Shown here: positions 55,734 through 64,000 of the stretch, one piece after another | Numbering within the stretch: the stretch's first letter is position 1 | How the letters are laid out: the number at the start of each line of letters is the position of its first letter | Assembly (NCBI GenBank): GCA_031552145.1 | Contig: JAVBMV010000003.1 | Span: forward strand, 211,930-275,929 | Origin: Myxococcales bacterium | GTDB lineage: Bacteria > Myxococcota > Myxococcia > Myxococcales > UBA5297 | Direction: 5' to 3' | Length of the DNA: 64,000 bases | Notes under the pieces: model-generated | What the model was told of the DNA's origin: nothing | Databases searched by the model: none | What the model saw: only the letters and a program-made list of their open reading frames with translations | Program-made: the position numbers and the translations under genes

Positions 55734-56573
55734 ATGCCCAACAACGAGCCGCAACTCATCCTCTCCATCCCATCCGGGATGATCACCGCAACCTCCCTCG
55801 GCGTGAGCGGCCTCGCCTGGCACCGCAGCCCCGGCTCGGGCAAGTACTTCAAGGGGAGGGCCGTCTTCGCCCTGCTCGCGCTCAAGGATGGGCGCCCCGA
55901 CTTTTCCTATCTGGACGAAGGGCAGTGGCGCGACGCCATGGCCGACACCCTCTCGGCGCTCGAGAAGACGGAGCAAGGCAAGCGCACCAAGACCGCTCTC
56001 TCGAACAATGCCTTCGCAGTCACGCCCATCGACGCCTTCAAGAGCGTTCACCTGATCAAGACGGGTGGCGAGGCGCTGACCATGGAGAACGGCGTCGAAG
56101 TGGCGCGCTTCGAGAACTCCGGCCCCGTGCCCGACGGCATGAGCCCCAACGAGGTAGCGCGGGCCGCCGGCCAGATCGAGCCCAGGGAGCGCCTCCCCCG
56201 CCTTTACTTGGTGATCGCCCCAATCGAGATCGTGGTGCTCTCCACGCTGACTCCTCAAGAGTACGCGTGGTACGCCACTCACCGCCCCGGCAAGCTCTTC
56301 CGGCAGGTCGTCTTCACCGAGATCCGGGCCGACCAGCCGCAGCTGGCCGCGGAGGCGGTCTTCGATTCGGCGCGCGAAGAGATGCTTCAGAAGACTTATA
56401 AGAAGACGAAGACCATCGTCTCGGGCGAGTGCTTCAACAGCATCCCCTTCACCAGTTGGGTAGGGTACGACCGGCGGGAGGAGGGCGGTCTCTATATCGG
56501 CGATGCGCGCCGCCTCACCCTCTGGCGCTTCCCCGAGCGCATCCCACACGCCTGGACCCGCGCCCTGGGCTGA
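55734..56573 (+). CDS. Hypothetical cytoplasmic protein (279 aa, no motif recognised)
   Basis: Balanced amino-acid composition, unlike the Arg/Ala-rich antisense artefacts, and G/C-rich third positions. No signal peptide or TM. Confidence 0.6.
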   Translation: MPNNEPQLILSIPSGMITATSLGVSGLAWHRSPGSGKYFKGRAVFALLALKDGRPDFSYLDEGQWRDAMADTLSALEKTEQGKRTKTALSNNAFAVTPIDAFKSVHLIKTGGEALTMENGVEVARFENSGPVPDGMSPNEVARAAGQIEPRERLPRLYLVIAPIEIVVLSTLTPQEYAWYATHRPGKLFRQVVFTEIRADQPQLAAEAVFDSAREEMLQKTYKKTKTIVSGECFNSIPFTSWVGYDRREEGGLYIGDARRLTLWRFPERIPHAWTRALG

Positions 56574-56770
56574 ACCGTCCCTGCCCGCTCGGGCCGGAAT
56601 GCACCATCTAGTATGCGGTTACTCCGCGGCGGAGAGGCATCGCCCTGGGCAGAGCGAGCGTTCTGGCGTCGCCCCGGTCGGCCGAAGAAAAAAGCGGCAA
56701 CTCTTGCCAGGAGCGCCGTTTTGACCTAACCAGTGCGCCCCTCAAACGAGGCACGACAGAGGTACGACAA

Positions 56771-58858
<2,088 letters not shown>

Positions 58859-58878
58859 CCGACATAGAGGGAGATCCA

Positions 58879-60165
58879 ATGAACCGCAACGAAGCAACGG
58901 CACAGAGTCCCCTTCGTATCCTCGATCGCGTCCTCAACGGCGGCCTCGGCAAGGGCGACCTGGGCGTGGTGATGGCGCCGGCCGGGGTCGGCAAGACGGC
59001 CTGCCTGGTCCAGATCGCGCTCGACAACCTGCTGCGCAACCGCCAGGTGCTCCACTTCGCGGTGGGACAGAGCGTCGAGCATGTCAGCACCTGGTACGAC
59101 GCGCTCTTCGACGACCTGACCCGCATCGCCGAGATCCCCGATCGCGACGAGGCGCGCGCCACGGTGAAGCGCAACAGCGTCATCAAGGCCTTCCCCTCCG
59201 GGGGCTTCGCCATGGCGCGTTTCGACGAGTCGATCGCGCTCTTCGGCAAGCACATGCAGTTCACGCCGAAGGCGATCCTCATCGACGGCCTCGACTGGGC
59301 TCATCCCTCCATCTCGGCGACGGTGCGCGATCTGAAGGAGCGCGCCACCAATCTCGGCGCCGAGCTTTGGCTCACCGCGCAGACCGCGCGCAACGTCACC
59401 CTGAAGTCGGCCGGCACGCCGCCGCCCTGCGACGCCTGCGCGGCGCTCATCACCGTCGGCCTCTTCCTCGAGCCGCGCGGCAGCCACGTCGCGGTCCGCC
59501 TGCTCAAGGACGGCGCCCTGGTGCCCGAGAGCACCGCCTTCATGGCGCTGCACAATGACACCATGCGGCTCGTCGCCGGCGGCGACAGCGCCATCTCCAC
59601 GCGCGTTCCCGCGGCGAACCACACGCTGCTTTCGGGTGGCGCCAACGGCTCCGAGGCCCTCTTCGGCGGCTGCGCCGAGGCGTGGGGGCTTGCCGAGGAG
59701 ACCTTCTCCTTCCCGAGCCACACCCCCGCCCATACGCGCGGGCTGGTGCAGCTCACCGAGGAGGAGCTGGCGGCAGGAGATATCAGCTCCAGCTACCTCA
59801 AGGCGCATATGCACCGCTCCTACCCCGACACCCCGCTCTTCAAGAAGGTGCTCCAGTCAATCTGGCATCAGGTGAACACCGCGGGCGAGGTCTTCTCCAT
59901 CGGGCAGATCCGCGAGGACAAGACCGTCAACGGCGGCACCGGCTGGGCGGTGGAGCTGGCCAAGCACTGGAACAAGCCCGTCCATGTCTTCGACCAGGAG
60001 AAGAACGCCTGGTTCTATTGGCAGAACGGCGAGTGGGTGCTGACCAAGGATCCGATCATCACGCGCGAGCGCTTCACCGGCACCGGGACCCGCTTCCCGA
60101 ACGCCGCCGGCACCGCCGCCATCAAGGCGCTCTTCGAGCGCTCCTTCGGCCCCGCGCCCAAGTAG
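58879..60165 (+). CDS. RecA/KaiC/DnaB-superfamily P-loop ATPase fused to a SLOG (DprA/LOG-like) Rossmann domain; function unknown
   Basis: Start at MNRNEATAQ, with GAGGGAG RBS, 20 nt after the fusA stop. N-terminal half: LDRVLNGGLGKGDLGVVMAPAGVGKTACLVQIAL (Walker A) and AILIDGLD (Walker B). C-terminal half: LLSGGANGSEALFGGCAEAWG and NGGTGWAVELAKHWNKPVHVFD. Confidence 0.8.
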   Translation: MNRNEATAQSPLRILDRVLNGGLGKGDLGVVMAPAGVGKTACLVQIALDNLLRNRQVLHFAVGQSVEHVSTWYDALFDDLTRIAEIPDRDEARATVKRNSVIKAFPSGGFAMARFDESIALFGKHMQFTPKAILIDGLDWAHPSISATVRDLKERATNLGAELWLTAQTARNVTLKSAGTPPPCDACAALITVGLFLEPRGSHVAVRLLKDGALVPESTAFMALHNDTMRLVAGGDSAISTRVPAANHTLLSGGANGSEALFGGCAEAWGLAEETFSFPSHTPAHTRGLVQLTEEELAAGDISSSYLKAHMHRSYPDTPLFKKVLQSIWHQVNTAGEVFSIGQIREDKTVNGGTGWAVELAKHWNKPVHVFDQEKNAWFYWQNGEWVLTKDPIITRERFTGTGTRFPNAAGTAAIKALFERSFGPAPK

Positions 60166-60184
60166 CTTCGGCCAGGAAAGAGCC

Positions 60185-61096
60185 ATGGTGACGAGCGCGC
60201 TCGAAGCCGCGATGCGCGCTCCACCGAAAGCCAAGGCCCGCCTCGAACTCTTCGGGGCGGCCTTCTTTTTTGGCCTCATGGCGGTCGCGGCGCGCTTCGC
60301 CGCGCAGGGCGGCTTTGGCTTCGGGCCGCTCGCCACGATTCGCTTCGGCGTCGGGATGGCGGGCTGCGTCGCGCTCTTCCGGATGCGCCCCGGCCTCTAC
60401 CATCCCGTCAACAAGCGGATGCTCATCTGGCGCGGCCTGCTCGGCGGGCTCGCCGTGTTGCTCTATTTCTTCTCCCTGTCGCGCATCCCCGCGGGTGAAG
60501 CGACGCTCCTGAACAACACCTTCCCCATCTTCGCCACCATCTTCGGCGTGGTGGTCATGAAGGAGCGGGCCACCGTTCATCTCTGGCTGGGGCTGCTGCT
60601 CGCCTCCCTCGGCGTCCTCATCATCCTGGGCATCGGCGGCCTCGACTTCAGCCTCGGCCTGGGCGAGATCGCCGGCATCCTCTCCGCCGTGGTCGCGGCT
60701 TGTTCCACCGCCTCGATCCGGTCGCTGCGCCCCACCGACAACGCCCCCACCATCTTCTTCGCCTTCTGCGCCGGCGGACTCGTCACCTCGCTGCCCCTCT
60801 CCTTCACGGCCTGGCCCAGCGATCCCTTCGTCTGGGCCATCGCGATTGCCATGGGGCTCTGTTCCATGATCGCCCAGCTCCTGATGACCGACTCCTACGG
60901 CCCCCTCACCGTGCCCGAGGCGGCCATCTGGCAGCAGCTAACGCCCGTGGCCAGCTATCTCTGGGCCATCGCCCTCCTCGGAGAGGCGATGCGCCCACTC
61001 GACCTGATCGGCATCCTCTTCGTACTGGGGGGAGTGCTCTGGGGTGGCCTCTTCGGCGGGGAGGCGAAGAGGGGCAGGTGGAGACTTCCTTCGTAG
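60185..61096 (+). CDS. DMT-superfamily (EamA-like) transporter
   Basis: 303 aa with about ten hydrophobic segments in two halves. Starts 19 nt after the preceding stop. Confidence 0.8.
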   Translation: MVTSALEAAMRAPPKAKARLELFGAAFFFGLMAVAARFAAQGGFGFGPLATIRFGVGMAGCVALFRMRPGLYHPVNKRMLIWRGLLGGLAVLLYFFSLSRIPAGEATLLNNTFPIFATIFGVVVMKERATVHLWLGLLLASLGVLIILGIGGLDFSLGLGEIAGILSAVVAACSTASIRSLRPTDNAPTIFFAFCAGGLVTSLPLSFTAWPSDPFVWAIAIAMGLCSMIAQLLMTDSYGPLTVPEAAIWQQLTPVASYLWAIALLGEAMRPLDLIGILFVLGGVLWGGLFGGEAKRGRWRLPS

Positions 61097-61105
61097 CGTC
61101 CTCGC

Positions 61106-62800
61106 TCACCAGGAGAGTCGCTGTACCTTCACCGGAACGGCACTGAAGTCCACGGATGCGCCATTCCCTAGCTGGCCCTCAAGCCCGCGTCCCCAGCACT
61201 TAACCCCTTCACTGGACGTGATTGCGCAGACCGTATCGTCCTGCACCGTCACCTTTGTCACCTCGGAGCAGCCCTGCACTATCGTGGGCCCATGGACCTC
61301 CGCATCGACCGAACCCACCCCAAGCTGGCCAAGGTGGTTTAGTCCCCAGCAAGTTACCCGCCCAGAGGCCAATATCGCACAGCCATTGGACCCACCGAGT
61401 GCAACAGAGACAGCAGGCTCATCAAGATGCACCCGCGTCGGCGGCTCTATGTCGCCTCTCGTGCCATTTCCGATCTGGCCATACATATTGTCCCCCCAGC
61501 AGGTGACGCGCCCTTGGTGGTCCACTGCACAGCCCGCTCCCCCACCAACCCCTACTGACACCGCTCCAGTTACCCCAGGGACGATACGATACGGCAACAG
61601 GGACGGATCTTCATCGGATGGAAAAACAGGATCCAGTAGCGCCCAAATACACTTTACCCGCCCTGCATAGGTCGTGACACAAGAGGCGCCATCTTCGGAG
61701 GCCGAGACGACATCCCACAGGCCTGCCACATATTCAGGAGAGGCATTACACGTCGATGAACCAGTACACCCCCAATACTGAACGCGCATCTCCTTCGTAA
61801 TAACGCTCGTCAGGTCCCAACCACCAGAAATACCAGCTACACGGTCGAGCCCTGTAACAAGAACCGGCTCGTTGCACGACACGCCAAGCATACCTGCGGC
61901 GTTGAGCCCCAGCACGACGCCAGAATCGTTGACCCCGCAGCACTGGACTTTACCATCGCGCATCACCTCGCAGAGATGCCTCCAGCCCATTGTGAACGAC
62001 ACCCCTCCAGAGAGCGCGGGGATTTCTACGGGGACTGGCACAAAGTCCGCAAAGTCACGACCGAAATAATGCATGTCTCCCCAACACATGACCTCTCCAC
62101 TTGCGGAGAGGGCACAGACCGCGCCTATTCCCGTGTCGATCCCCACCGCCTCGAAAGGAGCACAGCATCCTCTTTCGCACCGAATAAAGCCTTCCTCGCA
62201 CTCCAGGTCGCATTCGCCCGAACTACAGATCGCCTTGCCGTGCCGCGTCGCGGGACAGGCCAAACACAGGGGGCCGCACTGCTGCGCGGACTCCTCAACG
62301 CACTCTCCGTCGCAACGGCGTTCGCCCTCCGCACATCCAGGCCCGTCGCAACAGCCGGTTTGGCACCGAAAGAACCCATCATCGCAGACGATTCCACACT
62401 GCGAGTCGACGCAAACGGCGACCCCATTGGCGACCTCGGGACAATCGACGCAGGCGATGCCGCAATGCTCCGGCGATTCATCGTAGCAGACACCCTCACA
62501 TAGTCTCTGGCCGGTGGAACAGTCCACGAGCTCCTCGACGAGGCAACAGCCGCTCTCGCAGGGCTCGTAGTCCTGCTCACACTCGAGCGCGCACTCTCCT
62601 TCCGAACAGACCGCCACTCCGTGTGGCGCTTCTGGACAGACATCGCAGTCGATACCGCAGTTCAGGACTGACTGCTCCACGCAAGCGCCATCACAATAGA
62701 CCTTTGGATCCGCGCACACTCCAACCATACGCTCGGAAGAACAGCCCCAGAACAATAACAGCGCGCCTACTACGAGACACTGCAGACTCGGGAGTCTCAT
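61106..62800 (-). CDS. RCC1-repeat (beta-propeller) secreted/lipoprotein with three N-terminal cysteine-rich repeats
   Basis: Start at MRLPSLQCLVVGALLLFWGCSS (alternative ATG at 62824). RCC1-type CWGDMHYFG, CWGDNMYGQIGNG, CWGLNHLGQLGVG and CWGRGLEGQLGNG. Three ~55-aa Cys repeats at about 62165-62715. Confidence 0.85.
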   Translation of the reverse strand: MRLPSLQCLVVGALLLFWGCSSERMVGVCADPKVYCDGACVEQSVLNCGIDCDVCPEAPHGVAVCSEGECALECEQDYEPCESGCCLVEELVDCSTGQRLCEGVCYDESPEHCGIACVDCPEVANGVAVCVDSQCGIVCDDGFFRCQTGCCDGPGCAEGERRCDGECVEESAQQCGPLCLACPATRHGKAICSSGECDLECEEGFIRCERGCCAPFEAVGIDTGIGAVCALSASGEVMCWGDMHYFGRDFADFVPVPVEIPALSGGVSFTMGWRHLCEVMRDGKVQCCGVNDSGVVLGLNAAGMLGVSCNEPVLVTGLDRVAGISGGWDLTSVITKEMRVQYWGCTGSSTCNASPEYVAGLWDVVSASEDGASCVTTYAGRVKCIWALLDPVFPSDEDPSLLPYRIVPGVTGAVSVGVGGGAGCAVDHQGRVTCWGDNMYGQIGNGTRGDIEPPTRVHLDEPAVSVALGGSNGCAILASGRVTCWGLNHLGQLGVGSVDAEVHGPTIVQGCSEVTKVTVQDDTVCAITSSEGVKCWGRGLEGQLGNGASVDFSAVPVKVQRLSW

Positions 62801-63045
62801 TATCTGCCACCTCGCCGATTTCATGCCACGCTGGCACTCGCACGGCGCCAGTGGCGCCGTGCGCGAATTCTGCCTAAAGATCGGTTGGCACAGTAGCCGA
62901 TCGCTCTCCTCGGTTCAACTTGGAGGAACGGGCGCTCACCGCTCTTACTGTGTATAGTCACCCCAGCGGACGGGCCGACCGGCACATTGTCTGGTACGTA
63001 ATCGGACCCAGGTGACTTACGACCAGCGCCCGGCGAGGAGAGCGC

Positions 63046-64000
63046 ATGAGCCAGCCAACCCACATTTCTCAGGAAGCACAGTATCTGCTCGTGGTCGTGG
63101 GCCTCTTCATCGTCCCGAGAGTTCTCCAGCGCTTCCGGATTCCCAGCGCCATCACCTGCGTTGGGCTCGGCGCGCTGCTCGGCATGGGCTTCGGGCTCTT
63201 CCAGCACGACGGCGCCGTCTCGCTCCTCTCGACGCTCGGCATCGTCTCGCTCTTCCTCTTCGCGGGGTTGGAGGTCGAGTTTCGCGACCTCTTGCGCGGC
63301 CTCTCCGTCACGCTCGGCCACCTCGCGCTGCAGATTCTTCTGATCGCCTGCGGCGCACTCCTCTTCGGCTCGGTCTTCGAGCTCGCGTGGCGCCCCGCGC
63401 TGCTCTTCTCGCTGGCGATCTTCACCCCCTCCACGGGCTTCATCCTCGACTCGCTCGGGGCCTTCGGGCTGAGCGCGCAGCAGCAGTTCTGGGTAAAGAC
63501 GAAGGCCATCTCGACCGAGCTGGTCGCGCTGGTGGCGCTCTTCTTCGCGGTGCAGTCGAGCAGCGCCGGTACGCTGGCGCTCTCGACGCTGGCGCTGGGC
63601 GCCATGATCGTGCTGCTGCCCTGGATCTTCCAGCTCTTCGCCTCTTGGGTGCTCCCCTACGCGCCCAAGTCCGAGTTCGCCTTCCTCACCATCCTGGCGC
63701 TGGTCTGCGCCTCGGTGACCCGGCAGCTCGGCGTCTATTACCTGGTGGGCGCCTTCGTCGTGGGCGTCACCGCCGTGCGCCTGCGCAAGCGCCTACCGGC
63801 CCTCGCCTCCGAGCGAATGCTCACCGGCATTGCGCTCTTCGCGTCGTTCTTCATCCCGTTCTATTTCTTCAAGGCAGGGCTGCGGCTCGAGAGCGACTAC
63901 TTCGGCGCGCGCGCCATCTTGCTGGGGCTCTCGCTCGTGGCGATCACCGTGCCGCTGCGCGTCGCCATCGCGGCGGCCTTCCGGCGCGTGGCGCTGAAGG
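63046..64000 (+). CDS. Cation:proton antiporter (Kef/NhaP-like), C-terminus beyond window
   Basis: Not in the ORF track because there is no stop before the window end. ATG at 63046 preceded by GAGGAG. My translation MSQPTHISQEAQYLLVVVGLFIVPRVLQRFRIPSAITCVGLGALLG...LFAGLEVEF is polytopic and typical of the Na_H_exchanger family. Confidence 0.8.
   Translation, partial: MSQPTHISQEAQYLLVVVGLFIVPRVLQRFRIPSAITCVGLGALLGMGFGLFQHDGAVSLLSTLGIVSLFLFAGLEVEFRDLLRGLSVTLGHLALQILLIACGALLFGSVFELAWRPALLFSLAIFTPSTGFILDSLGAFGLSAQQQFWVKTKAISTELVALVALFFAVQSSSAGTLALSTLALGAMIVLLPWIFQLFASWVLPYAPKSEFAFLTILALVCASVTRQLGVYYLVGAFVVGVTAVRLRKRLPALASERMLTGIALFASFFIPFYFFKAGLRLESDYFGARAILLGLSLVAITVPLRVAIAAAFRRVALK

Overview
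This is a high-GC chromosomal segment that looks myxobacterial (Myxococcota). The clues are a MYXO-CTERM-type tail, two ECF sigma/anti-sigma modules, giant cysteine-rich secreted proteins, a mitochondrial-type EF-G paralogue and a eukaryote-type citrate synthase. I call about 50 genes. Housekeeping blocks are: sulfate ABC uptake (sbp-cysT-cysW); FMN riboswitch-ribB-rimK; DUF1015/dapA/M20 deacylase/ftcD; an rluA-family gene; an FAH-family gene; mltG; an SDR epimerase; gltA; serS; a complete, tightly overlapped System I cytochrome c maturation operon (ccmABCDEF plus a ccmG-ccmH fusion); hpt; a Crp/Fnr regulator; a UvrD-like helicase; a fusA paralogue; an EamA transporter; and a cation/proton antiporter. 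The interesting part is the accessory loci between them. (i) ECF sigma, anti-sigma and an apparently outer-membrane-anchored caspase-like protease, all translationally coupled. (ii) ECF sigma, FecR-like anti-sigma and a 2561-aa secreted protein built from 16 tandem PPC-like domains, in a block that looks lower in GC. (iii) An 1824-aa lipoprotein with two Kelch propellers, a disintegrin-like cysteine array and a MYXO-CTERM tail. (iv) A RecA/KaiC-like ATPase fused to a SLOG/DprA-like domain, immediately downstream of the EF-G paralogue. (v) A low-GC RCC1-repeat lipoprotein. (vi) An orphan Flp pilin between a soluble histidine kinase and a receiver. (vii) A decayed AAA/PD-(D/E)XK gene next to an orphan XRE regulator. 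I saw no rRNA, tRNA, CRISPR array, transposase or integrase. All functional calls come from reading motifs by eye; no database search or computation beyond hand counting was possible.
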